Assembly: GCA_934133165.1 (NCBI GenBank)
Contig: CAKPAW010000001.1
Span: 238,873-302,872, forward strand
Source: an uncultured Clostridia bacterium
GTDB taxonomy: Bacteria > Bacillota > Clostridia > TANB77 > CAG-508
Length of the DNA: 64,000 bases
Direction: 5' to 3'
Shown: piece by piece, positions 39,269 to 48,448 of the stretch
Position numbering within the stretch: position 1 is the first letter of the stretch
Layout: every line of letters starts with the position of its first letter
The notes under the pieces: generated by a model
Database searches by the model: none
What the model was told of the DNA's origin: nothing
What the model saw: only the letters and a program-made list of their open reading frames with translations
Position numbers and translations under genes: made by a program

Positions 39269-40375
39269 TTATTCAACAAATAACGTTTTTTGTCTTCTAC
39301 CACTAATATTTAATAATAATGCTATTAATATTAAATTTGTTAAAAGTGAACTTCCTCCATAACTTACAAAAGGAAGTGGAACACCTGTAATAGGTAGAAG
39401 TCCAATTGTCATTCCTATATTTTCTACCATATGAAATAAAAATATTCCTGCAATACCCATAGCAATATATGAACCCAAGTCATCTTTAGCAGTCTTTGCA
39501 ACATATATAGCTTTTGTAATTAATATTATATAACATATTACAATTCCTGCTGTAACAACAAATCCCATTTCTTCACCTATAACAGCAAATACAAAGTCCG
39601 TAGTTTTTGGGTATAAAAATCCTAATTGAGTTTGATTACCTTTTAGTAACCCCATTCCAAATAATTGACCTGAGCCAATTGCAAGTTTTGATTGAATTAT
39701 ATTATACCCTGCACCTCTTGGATCTAAATCTGGATTTAAAAACACATCTATTCTTGTTTTTGCATGTTCTGGTAATACAAAAAAGTATAATAATGGAACA
39801 GCAATTAAAATTATCAATATACTTGTAAATATATATCTTTTTTTAATTCCTGCTGAAAATAAAATAAGTACTGTTGCTACTAAAAATGCTAATGCAGTTC
39901 CATAATCTGGTTGTTTTATTATTAATAATACTGGTACAATTACAACTAATAATGCTAATCCTAATCTCGTAGGCCTACTAATTTCATCTCTACCTCTTGC
40001 TTGAATTTTTGTAATAACATATGAAAATGTTAATATAACAAATATTTTTGCAAATTCTGAAGGTTGAAATGAAAATCCTCCTATTTCAAACCAACTAGTA
40101 GCACCATTTACAGCTTTAGTAAATAAAACTGCTACTAATAATACTAAAAAAATTCCATAAAAAATTGGTGATATTTTTGTAATCACCTCATAATCTATGC
40201 AAATAACAAGTATCATAATTGGAATACTTACTATTAACCATATAATTTGTTTTTTTAGTTCATCACTAGTCGTCTCTTGTGTAGCAGTATATAGGGCAAC
40301 AATTCCTACCGCTATTAATATAATAGTACAAATTAAGATGCCCCACTCCATATTTCTTAAGAATCTTCTTTTCAT
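39269..40375 (-). CDS. rodA: SEDS-family peptidoglycan glycosyltransferase (RodA/FtsW/SpoVE)
   Basis: Ten TM helices, a family-typical periplasmic loop, and a position downstream of minDE. Confidence 0.8.
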   Translation of the reverse strand: MKRRFLRNMEWGILICTIILIAVGIVALYTATQETTSDELKKQIIWLIVSIPIMILVICIDYEVITKISPIFYGIFLVLLVAVLFTKAVNGATSWFEIGGFSFQPSEFAKIFVILTFSYVITKIQARGRDEISRPTRLGLALLVVIVPVLLIIKQPDYGTALAFLVATVLILFSAGIKKRYIFTSILIILIAVPLLYFFVLPEHAKTRIDVFLNPDLDPRGAGYNIIQSKLAIGSGQLFGMGLLKGNQTQLGFLYPKTTDFVFAVIGEEMGFVVTAGIVICYIILITKAIYVAKTAKDDLGSYIAMGIAGIFLFHMVENIGMTIGLLPITGVPLPFVSYGGSSLLTNLILIALLLNISGRRQKTLFVE

Positions 40376-40406
40376 TTATTAAACCTCTATTATTCTTAAT
40401 TTATAT

Positions 40407-41060
40407 TTATTCTACTTCTACTTTTTCTTCTTTTTTATCTATTTTTTCTGTTTCTTCTATTATATCGTCTTCTGCCTTTTCTTCTTTTTTTGAATCTTCT
40501 ATAACTTCTGTTGTCTCTTCAGTATTTGTTGTTTCTGTTGCTTCTGCTTTGTCTGAAACTTTTGTAACTTCTTTATCTTCTTTTACTTCATCTTTACTTT
40601 TATCTGTTTTCTTCTCAGGTTCTTGTTTATCTTCTTTTTCAGACTCTGTCTTTTCTTCCTCATCTTTTTTTGCTACTTTACTTTCCGTTTTTTTATCTTT
40701 ATTTTCGCTTTGTTTTTCTTCTTTATTTTCAGATTTTTCTAATTTTCTTTCTATATTAATTTGCTTTGCATCATCTTTTACATTAAGAATTGGAATATTC
40801 GCATACAAAATTGGAGCTCCTGTTGTTCCATCACTATTAACTTTATTAGTAAGTTTTACATCTATAGAATTTTCATCTACATTTATGTATTTTTTAATTA
40901 CTTCAATAATTTCTTGTTTCATAAGCTCCATAAAATCTGCTGATACATTTGCTCTATCTTGCATCAACACTAAATGTAATCTTTCTTTTGCAGTGTCCTT
41001 AGAATCCTTCTTTTCATCTTTTGAAAATTTTTTAAAAAACTTTATAATATTATCGAACAT
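40407..41060 (-). CDS. minE: cell division topological specificity factor MinE with an unusually long K/E/T-rich C-terminal extension (217 aa total)
   Basis: The N-terminal 90 aa match MinE (KERLHLVLMQDRANVS...ILYANIPI). The rest is low-complexity charged sequence. Confidence 0.7.
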   Translation of the reverse strand: MFDNIIKFFKKFSKDEKKDSKDTAKERLHLVLMQDRANVSADFMELMKQEIIEVIKKYINVDENSIDVKLTNKVNSDGTTGAPILYANIPILNVKDDAKQINIERKLEKSENKEEKQSENKDKKTESKVAKKDEEEKTESEKEDKQEPEKKTDKSKDEVKEDKEVTKVSDKAEATETTNTEETTEVIEDSKKEEKAEDDIIEETEKIDKKEEKVEVE

Positions 41061-41087
41061 CCTATTTCCTCCGTTATTTAAATTTGT

Positions 41088-41882
41088 CTATTTTTTTGAG
41101 AAAATACTTTTTAACTTAGCAAAAAATCCTTTCTCTCTTCCAGGAATTGAAACCTCTATATTTTCACCTAAAATTCTTCTTGCAATTTCTGTATATGCTT
41201 TTCCTGAAGGAGCTTTGTGGTTCGATACAACTGGTTCCCCTTTATTTGTTTGTGTAATAATGTATTCATCATCTGGAACTACACCAATTAAATCTATAGA
41301 TAGTAAATCTACTATATCTTCTACATCCATCATTTCACCTTTTTTAACCATGTTTGGACGTAAACGATTAATTACTAATTCTGGATTTTTAATTTCAGAT
41401 GATTCTAATAGTCCAATAATTCTATCTGCATCACGAATAGCAGATATTTCAGCTGTTGTAACAACAACTGCTCTGTCTGCACCAGCTATTGCATTTTTGA
41501 AACCTTGTTCAATACCTGCTGGGCAATCAATTAATATGTAATCAAATTCTTCTTTTAGTTTACTTGTTAATTCTTTCATTTGTTCTTCATTTACTGCACT
41601 TTTATCTCTTGTTTGCGCTGCTGGAAGTAAGAATAATTCATTAAAACGTTTATCTTTTATTAAGGCTTGTCTTAATTTACATTTTTCTTCTACCACGTCA
41701 ACGATATCATATACTATTCTGTTTTCTAATCCCATTACAACATCTAGATTACGAAGACCAATATCTGTATCTACTAATACTACTTTCTTTCCTTTTAATG
41801 CTAACGCTGAACCTAAATTTGCTGTAGTGGTTGTTTTACCAACTCCACCTTTTCCAGATGTGATAACGATAACTTCTCCCAT
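41088..41882 (-). CDS. minD: septum site-determining ATPase MinD
   Basis: Start at MGEVIVITSGKGGVGKTT with an AGGAGGAAATT RBS; deviant Walker A. Confidence 0.9.
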   Translation of the reverse strand: MGEVIVITSGKGGVGKTTTTANLGSALALKGKKVVLVDTDIGLRNLDVVMGLENRIVYDIVDVVEEKCKLRQALIKDKRFNELFLLPAAQTRDKSAVNEEQMKELTSKLKEEFDYILIDCPAGIEQGFKNAIAGADRAVVVTTAEISAIRDADRIIGLLESSEIKNPELVINRLRPNMVKKGEMMDVEDIVDLLSIDLIGVVPDDEYIITQTNKGEPVVSNHKAPSGKAYTEIARRILGENIEVSIPGREKGFFAKLKSIFSKK

Positions 41883-42061
41883 AATTTCCTCCTTGAACAT
41901 GTATGTTCTTTTTATTAAAAAGTGCATATTTTTAATATCTATATCATATAATGAAAAAGGCAAAAAGTCAATGAATTGAATGGAAAAAAATGAAATTGGT
42001 AATTAAAAATTAGAAATATAATTACAAACAAAAAACTCATAGTTTTGCTATTATTAAAAGC

Positions 42062-42092
42062 CAGAGTAAAAATACTCTGACTTTTGTGGTTT
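42062..42092 (-). terminator. terminator of the 42114..43379 gene
   Basis: cagagta...tactctg stem, T-run on the minus strand. Confidence 0.5.
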
Positions 42093-42113
42093 ATATTACA
42101 TTTTTTAAGTATT

Positions 42114-43379
42114 CTACATATAAAGTGTAGTTCTAAATGTATAGTATTTGCTACTACCATTCGCATTGTTGTAGGCACGACTGCTAGCGTAATTACCGCT
42201 AGCAGTGTAACCTCCACCTATACCAGTGCAAGGACCAGCATATTGGCTAGTGATGTAAGTAGAATATTCGGTTGTCCATTCATAAGTATTTGATGCCATA
42301 TCATTTATTTTACATATTTCATCACCATTTTTTCCAGTATTTGATAATACTGTATTCTTTGAATTTTGATATGAATAATCTGCATCTCCTGAAAAATTCT
42401 GTATATATACTATTGCAGTATCCCATGCATAACTACTTATTAAATCTGTTGTTGCTGTTGTATACAAATCTCTACTTGCTATTGCTGCATTTATTTGTAT
42501 TATATAATTCCATAACATTCCCTCTGTTCTTTTTGTTGGTACTGTATCAGAATTTGTAAAAGTATTTGAAATTTTTGAATTTGCCTTTCCATCTGTTCCA
42601 TAGCTTGCTTCATAACGTGCTATATAATATCCTCCATTTGCTTTTACACTATCTATAAAACTCTTTATTCCTTCATATGTTCCATCCTCTTTTTGTTTTC
42701 CTCTTGATGTTGCATTTAGTCCATTTGTACTACTACTTGCTATTCCTTTTCTATATGTTGCTATTTCTTTATAATATGGACTTATTAATACTTCTTGTGT
42801 ATAATTATCTGCACTTTGCTTTAATATTGGTGTACCTTTTGAAAGTACTTTTCCATTTGAATCCTTATCACTTGTTCCATTAGCAAAAGTATATCTTCCA
42901 AGTGCTATTTCCACTATTGAGCCATCGCTTTTCTTAATTTTTTTGCCTACTGGTATCCATACATATTGATTCCCTCTTTTGTTTCCATTCCCATCTGTTG
43001 TAATATCACTATCTTCTATTACTATTCCTTCTGTCACATTTATTCCACTATCTGAAGCTATTTTAAATCCTTCAGGCACAGTTATAATATTTCCATTACT
43101 ATCTCTTAATATGGTTTTTTCTTTAAAATAATCTCCGTCTTTCATTTCTTGAACGGTTTTTGACTTACTAATTATTTCATTATATACATTATCTATATTA
43201 TTTACATCTTTTCTATAGACTTGTTCTATTCTCATATCACTTTTAATCTGAGCTTTTTGCCTTGCTGTTACTGTTAAATATACACCCATTAAAATAACAA
43301 TAAACATTAAAACAGTAAATAATACTAATGCTGATACTGCACCATTTTCATTTTTTATTATACTTTTATTTTTTTTCAT
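42114..43379 (-). CDS. N/G/S/T/Y-rich secreted or membrane-anchored hypothetical protein (421 aa)
   Basis: N-terminal hydrophobic anchor after a basic stretch; no recognised domain. It sits where minC would be expected and is not MinC. Confidence 0.45.
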   Translation of the reverse strand: MKKNKSIIKNENGAVSALVLFTVLMFIVILMGVYLTVTARQKAQIKSDMRIEQVYRKDVNNIDNVYNEIISKSKTVQEMKDGDYFKEKTILRDSNGNIITVPEGFKIASDSGINVTEGIVIEDSDITTDGNGNKRGNQYVWIPVGKKIKKSDGSIVEIALGRYTFANGTSDKDSNGKVLSKGTPILKQSADNYTQEVLISPYYKEIATYRKGIASSSTNGLNATSRGKQKEDGTYEGIKSFIDSVKANGGYYIARYEASYGTDGKANSKISNTFTNSDTVPTKRTEGMLWNYIIQINAAIASRDLYTTATTDLISSYAWDTAIVYIQNFSGDADYSYQNSKNTVLSNTGKNGDEICKINDMASNTYEWTTEYSTYITSQYAGPCTGIGGGYTASGNYASSRAYNNANGSSKYYTFRTTLYM

Positions 43380-43483
43380 ATAATAATTCCTCTCTTTTGT
43401 AATTTACTTAATTTTACCTTACTATTTATTTATTTTCAATCCTTTTTAATATTTAATTTTATTTTTTCTGCCATAAATTTACT

Positions 43484-44722
43484 TTAATTATTATAGACTT
43501 TTTTAATCCATTCAATTCTTTCTTTTCTCAAAATTTCCCCAATTTGCTCTCTATTCTTTATTTCATATTTTTCTTTTATATATCTTCCATTAATTTTTGA
43601 AATACACTCTTTGCCTATTTCATCAAAATTCACATCTGTTGGCATGTCTTCATTTCTCCATCTGTCGCAAATAACTACTATTTTTAAGCCATCTAACCCT
43701 AATAATGATTTATTTACTCTTGTAATAAAATCTACTTGCTTTTTAGGCGTCATCCTATTAAAAATTCCTCCAAGCATGTGCTCTTTTGCGGATACTTTTC
43801 CACATTTTATCCAAGAATTGGGGATTTTTAATCTGTTTCCTAAATTTTCTACTAATTTAACTCCACTTTTGTCATGTCCATAATGATGTGGTAACATCTC
43901 TTTTGGAGTTATTCCCTTTCCTAAGTCATGAACTAACGCGCTAAAACGAATTTCCACATTATCTGTTAAAATAGCTGATTTATCCACTACTATCATAGTA
44001 TGATTATAACTATCTCTTTCTGGATGATACTCTACTGGCTGAGTTTTACCTATTAAATCATATATTTCTTTAAAATGTACATCTAATACATTTGCCTTTT
44101 TTAATACTTTAAAAAATACAGATGGTTTATCACTTTTTAGGGCTTTTCTAAATTCTGTAAAAACTCTTTCTGGCGATAATTCTTTTAATTCTTCCTTTAT
44201 CTTTCTCATCATTTTTATTGTATTTTCTTCAACTGCAAAATTAAGCTGACTTGCAAACCTTGCTACTCTATATACTCTTAAAGGATCTTCTATAAAACTA
44301 TCTGTCGTTGCTCTAATTATTTTATTTTGTATATCCTCTATTCCTCCATATGGATCTATTATTTTTCCTGTTAATACTTCTTTTGCAATGCTATTTATTG
44401 TAATATCTCTTCGTGCTAAATCTTCTTCAATTGTAATGTCTTTTCCATTTTTAACTTCAAATTCTTTATGACCTTTTCCTATTTTTTTATCTTTTCTTGC
44501 TAATGCAAACTCTTTATTTTCTATATCATAAACACCAAATGATTTTCCTCTTTTATATGCATTTGGAAAAAGCTTTTCAAATGCTTCTTTTTCTATTCCG
44601 GTAATGCAGTAATCTTCATCATGAACTTTTCTATTCATTATTTCATCTCTAACTGCTCCACCTACTAAATATAAAGTTCCGCCATTTTCTTTAACTATAT
44701 TTGCAATTTCTATTATACTCAT
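43484..44722 (-). CDS. cca: CCA-adding tRNA nucleotidyltransferase with HD domain
   Basis: GGAVRD polymerase-beta motif and C-terminal HD region. Confidence 0.85.
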   Translation of the reverse strand: MSIIEIANIVKENGGTLYLVGGAVRDEIMNRKVHDEDYCITGIEKEAFEKLFPNAYKRGKSFGVYDIENKEFALARKDKKIGKGHKEFEVKNGKDITIEEDLARRDITINSIAKEVLTGKIIDPYGGIEDIQNKIIRATTDSFIEDPLRVYRVARFASQLNFAVEENTIKMMRKIKEELKELSPERVFTEFRKALKSDKPSVFFKVLKKANVLDVHFKEIYDLIGKTQPVEYHPERDSYNHTMIVVDKSAILTDNVEIRFSALVHDLGKGITPKEMLPHHYGHDKSGVKLVENLGNRLKIPNSWIKCGKVSAKEHMLGGIFNRMTPKKQVDFITRVNKSLLGLDGLKIVVICDRWRNEDMPTDVNFDEIGKECISKINGRYIKEKYEIKNREQIGEILRKERIEWIKKVYNN

Positions 44723-44820
44723 AATATCCTCTTTTTATTTTATATCAAATTCATTATTTATAATATACTTTTTTATCATTTTTAGTCAACTCTTTTATTG
44801 TCCAATCACATTTTTGTAAT

Positions 44821-44905
44821 GACTTTTTGTATATATCACACATTTTCCAAAGGACTTTTTGTATATATCACACATTTTCCTAACGACTTTTGAACTTTGT
44901 CAAAA
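44821..44905 (+). promoter_or_regulatory. tandem 28-bp direct repeats (two perfect copies and a degenerate third, 32-bp period) upstream of the por operon promoter
   Basis: GACTTTTTGTATATATCACACATTTTCC at 44821-44848 and 44853-44880, then gacttttgaactttgtcaaaaaatc. Confidence 0.5.
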
Positions 44906-44955
44906 AATCTGTTATATTTTGAATTTATCTTTTCATGTATTCTGTTCTATTTTCC

Positions 44956-44984
44956 TTGACTTTATAACCTTTTAGGCATATACT
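44956..44984 (+). promoter_or_regulatory. por operon promoter
   Basis: TTGACT, 17 nt, TATACT. Confidence 0.5.
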
Positions 44985-45024
44985 AAACATATGATTTTTA
45001 TATAAAATGAAAGGAAGGAATAGC

Positions 45025-45606
45025 ATGGATAACATGATAGAAATAAGATGGCATGGTAGAGGCGGTCAAGGTGCTAAAACAGCTTCACTTCTTCTTGCAG
45101 ATGCCGCATTTAATACAGGAAAATATATTCAAGGTTTTCCTGAATATGGTCCAGAAAGAATGGGAGCTCCAATTACTGCTTACAATCGTATTAGTTCGTC
45201 TCCTATTCGTATTCATAGTAATATTTATGAACCAGACTATGTAGTTGTTGTAGATGATAGCTTGTTAGAATCTGTACCTGTTACTACTGGTTTAAAAGAA
45301 ACTGGTGCTATTATTATAAACACAACAAAAGATGCTGATACTTTAAGACCTTTGCTAAATGGTTACAAAGGAAAAATTTATACTATAGATGCTAGAAAAG
45401 TTTCTATAGAGGCTCTTGGAAAATATTTTCCAAATACTCCTATGCTTGCAGCTATTGTTAAAGTTTCAAACATAATGAGTGAAGAAGAATTTTTAAATGA
45501 TATGGAAGGTTCTTTTAAACACAAATTTGCTAAAAAGCCTGAAGTTATTGAAGGAAATATGAAAGCATTAACTTTAGCATTAAAAGAGGTTAAATTAGTT
45601 TCCTAA
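45025..45606 (+). CDS. porG: 2-oxoacid:ferredoxin oxidoreductase gamma subunit (pyruvate synthase type)
   Basis: IRWHGRGGQGAKTAS; start at the second ATG, since the first ATG is embedded in the AAGGAAGG RBS. Confidence 0.8.
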   Translation: MDNMIEIRWHGRGGQGAKTASLLLADAAFNTGKYIQGFPEYGPERMGAPITAYNRISSSPIRIHSNIYEPDYVVVVDDSLLESVPVTTGLKETGAIIINTTKDADTLRPLLNGYKGKIYTIDARKVSIEALGKYFPNTPMLAAIVKVSNIMSEEEFLNDMEGSFKHKFAKKPEVIEGNMKALTLALKEVKLVS

Positions 45607-45680
45607 GAAATAAATTTAGAGTTTAATTATGAAATTAATTGAAAAACTGTATAAAATAAAAAATTAGGAAGGAGATTTTT

Positions 45681-45974
45681 ATGTCAGTAGAAATAAATAA
45701 AGAAACACCTTGGCAAGATTTAACACCAGGTGGAACAATATATGATGCTGGAAATTCTTTAGAATTTAAAACTGGTGACTGGAGAAGCATTAGACCTGTA
45801 TTTTTAGAAGAAAAATGCAAACAATGTGGTTTATGTTTCGCAGTTTGCCCAGATGATGCTATTCCAGTAGGAAAAGATCAAAAAAGAAAAGATTTTAATT
45901 TTGATTATTGTAAAGGATGTGGCGTATGTGCTAAGGTTTGTCCTTTTAATGCAATCGAAATGAAAGAAGAATAA
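45681..45974 (+). CDS. porD: 2-oxoacid:ferredoxin oxidoreductase delta subunit (2x[4Fe-4S])
   Basis: Two CxxCxxCxxxCP motifs. Confidence 0.85.
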   Translation: MSVEINKETPWQDLTPGGTIYDAGNSLEFKTGDWRSIRPVFLEEKCKQCGLCFAVCPDDAIPVGKDQKRKDFNFDYCKGCGVCAKVCPFNAIEMKEE

Positions 45975-46053
45975 TCTATAAAAAAATAAAACTAATAGTA
46001 GAGCTAAACTAAAAAGGCCCGTCCTTATTAGTTTAGTAGGAAGGATGAAAAAA

Positions 46054-47244
46054 ATGAGTATAAGAGAACGTTTAAGTGGAAATGAAGCATCTGCTATAGC
46101 AATGAAACAAATAAATCCAGACGTAGTTGCAGCATTTCCTATAACTCCATCTACTGAAATTCCACAATACTTTTCTACTTTTGTAAGTAATGGAAAAGTA
46201 GATACAGAATTTATTGCAGTAGAAAGTGAACATAGTGCAATGAGTGCTTGTATTGGTGCAGAAGCTGCAGGTGCAAGAGCTATGACAGCAACTTCTTCTA
46301 ATGGTTTAGCATATATGTGGGAAATGATATATATAGCATCTACTAGTCGTCTACCAATAGTTATGCCATTAGTAAATAGAGCAATTTCAGGACCTTTAAA
46401 TATACACAATGACCATTCAGATGCAATGGGAATTCGTGACAGTGGTTGGATAATGTTATTTTCAGAAAACAATCAAGAAGCATATGATAATTTAATTATG
46501 GCTCACAGAATCGCAGAACATAAAGATGTTATGCTTCCTCTTGCAGTTTGCCAAGATGGATTCATTACATCACACTCAATAGAAAATATTGAATTAATAG
46601 AAGATGATAAAGTAAAAGAATTTGTAGGAACATATAATCCTGAACATTACTTATTAAATTCAAAAGAACCAATTGCTGTTGGTCCAATGGATTTACAAGC
46701 ATATTTATTTGAACACAAATATGGGCAATCTCAAGCAATGAAAAATGCTAAAAAAGTAATTTTAGAAGTTGCTAAAGATTTTGAAAAAATGACAGGTAGA
46801 AAATATGAATTATTTGAAAGTTATAAATTAGAAGATGCTGAAATTGCTATAGTTTGTATGAACTCAACAGCCGGTACAACTAAAGTAGTTGTAGATGAAC
46901 TAAGAGAAAAAGGAATAAAAGCAGGTCTTTTAAAATTAAGAGTATTTAGACCTTTCCCTGCTGGAGAAATTGCAAGAGCATTAGAAAATGTAAAAGCTGT
47001 AGCAGTTCTTGACAAAGCAGATTCTTTAAATGCTTGTGGTGGTGCATTATTTACAGATGTTACTTCTGGTATGTATGTAAATAACTGTAATGTTCCTACT
47101 GTAAGCTACATTTATGGTATTGGTGGTAGAGACACTACTACTAAAGATATTTTAAGTGTATACGAAGATTTACAAGAAATTGTAAAAAATGAAAAAATAG
47201 ATAATCCTTATCGTTATCTTGGAGTAAGAGGGGTGAATAAATAA
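46054..47244 (+). CDS. porA: 2-oxoacid:ferredoxin oxidoreductase alpha subunit
   Basis: POR/KOR alpha N-terminal domain (AFPITPSTEI). Confidence 0.85.
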   Translation: MSIRERLSGNEASAIAMKQINPDVVAAFPITPSTEIPQYFSTFVSNGKVDTEFIAVESEHSAMSACIGAEAAGARAMTATSSNGLAYMWEMIYIASTSRLPIVMPLVNRAISGPLNIHNDHSDAMGIRDSGWIMLFSENNQEAYDNLIMAHRIAEHKDVMLPLAVCQDGFITSHSIENIELIEDDKVKEFVGTYNPEHYLLNSKEPIAVGPMDLQAYLFEHKYGQSQAMKNAKKVILEVAKDFEKMTGRKYELFESYKLEDAEIAIVCMNSTAGTTKVVVDELREKGIKAGLLKLRVFRPFPAGEIARALENVKAVAVLDKADSLNACGGALFTDVTSGMYVNNCNVPTVSYIYGIGGRDTTTKDILSVYEDLQEIVKNEKIDNPYRYLGVRGVNK

Positions 47245-48197
47245 TGGCTTATAATGTAAAAGAAGTAGTTGCAAACAAACCTAGCATATTTAATGCAGGT
47301 CATAGAATGTGCGCAGGCTGTGGCGCACCAGTAGTTGGTAGAATGGTAATGAGAGCCTTAAAAGAGGGAGATCATGCAGTAGTTTCTAATGCAACTGGAT
47401 GTATGGAAGTTTCAACATGTATTTACCCTTATTCTTCTTGGGATTGTTCTTATATTCACACAGCTTTTGAATGTGCATCTGCCACTTGTTCAGGAGTAGA
47501 AGCAGCATACAAAGCAATGAAAAGAACAGGAAAATTAAATGAAAATGAAACTTTTAAATTCATTGCATTTGGTGGAGACGGCGGAACTTACGATATCGGT
47601 CTTCAGAGTTTATCTGGTGCAATGGAAAGAGGACATGACATGACTTATGTATGCTACGATAATGGTGCATACATGAACACTGGTATACAACGTTCTTCTG
47701 CAACACCACACTTTGCAGACACAACAACATCACCAGCAGGAGAAAAAATTCCTGGAAAAATGCAAATTCGTAAAGATTTAACAGAAGTTATGGAAGCACA
47801 TCATCTTCCATATGTTGCACAAACTGCTGCAGTTATGAATTTTAAAGATTTATATGAAAAAGCCGAAAAAGCAATATATACTGAAGGTCCTACATTTTTA
47901 AATATACTTGCTCCATGCCCTAGAGGATGGGGTTACCCTACAGATATGTTAATGGAAATGAATAAATTAGCAGTAGACACTTGCTATTGGCCTTTATATG
48001 AAGTCGTAGATGGTAAATATAAAATAACTTATAAACCTGCCAAAAAACTTCCAATAGAAGAATTTTTACGTCCACAAAGAAGATTTAAGCATATGTTTAA
48101 ACCAGGAAATGAATGGATGATAGAAGAATTCCAAAAAGAAGTAGATAAAAGATGGCAATCTCTTCTAGATTTGGAAGAAATGACAAATAAAGAATAA
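47244..48197 (+). CDS. porB: 2-oxoacid:ferredoxin oxidoreductase beta subunit (TPP-binding)
   Basis: CAGCG cysteine motif and GDG TPP-binding motif; a TAATG stop/start overlap couples it to porA. Confidence 0.85.
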   Translation: MAYNVKEVVANKPSIFNAGHRMCAGCGAPVVGRMVMRALKEGDHAVVSNATGCMEVSTCIYPYSSWDCSYIHTAFECASATCSGVEAAYKAMKRTGKLNENETFKFIAFGGDGGTYDIGLQSLSGAMERGHDMTYVCYDNGAYMNTGIQRSSATPHFADTTTSPAGEKIPGKMQIRKDLTEVMEAHHLPYVAQTAAVMNFKDLYEKAEKAIYTEGPTFLNILAPCPRGWGYPTDMLMEMNKLAVDTCYWPLYEVVDGKYKITYKPAKKLPIEEFLRPQRRFKHMFKPGNEWMIEEFQKEVDKRWQSLLDLEEMTNKE

Positions 48198-48246
48198 AAA
48201 AATTACCCAAAGAGTATCTAAACTCTTTGGGTAATTTTTTATTTTT
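48198..48246. terminator. bidirectional terminator shared by porB and the convergent ferredoxin gene
   Basis: ttacccaaagagt...actctttgggtaa stem flanked by A-run and T-run. Confidence 0.65.
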
Positions 48247-48419
48247 TATTCATCTATTTCTGGAGCTGAAACTGGGCAAACTCCTGCACATGTTCCACAT
48301 TCTATACATCTTTCAGGATCTATAACATATTTTTCTTCTCCTTCTGAAATGCATTCTACTGGACAATTTGCTGCACATGCTCCACATTTAATACATGCAT
48401 CTGTTATTTTATATGCCAT
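48246..48419 (-). CDS. fdx: clostridial-type 2x[4Fe-4S] ferredoxin (57 aa), not in the ORF track
   Basis: MAYKITDACIKCGACAANCPVECISEGEEKYVIDPERCIECGTCAGVCPVSAPEIDE; GGGTGGTG RBS. Confidence 0.75.
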   Translation of the reverse strand: MAYKITDACIKCGACAANCPVECISEGEEKYVIDPERCIECGTCAGVCPVSAPEIDE

Positions 48420-48448
48420 TTAATTCACCACCCTTCAAATTTATTTTT

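Noticed and set aside
40549-41541. 330-aa serine-rich plus-strand ORF
   Set aside because: It lies antisense across minE and minD. It is a shadow ORF produced by the K/E-rich (AAG/GAA) coding of the MinE tail on the other strand, and it has no RBS.
44821-44905. Direct repeats as a possible CRISPR array
   Set aside because: There are only 2.5 units with 4-bp 'spacers' and no cas genes. This is an operator-like repeat.
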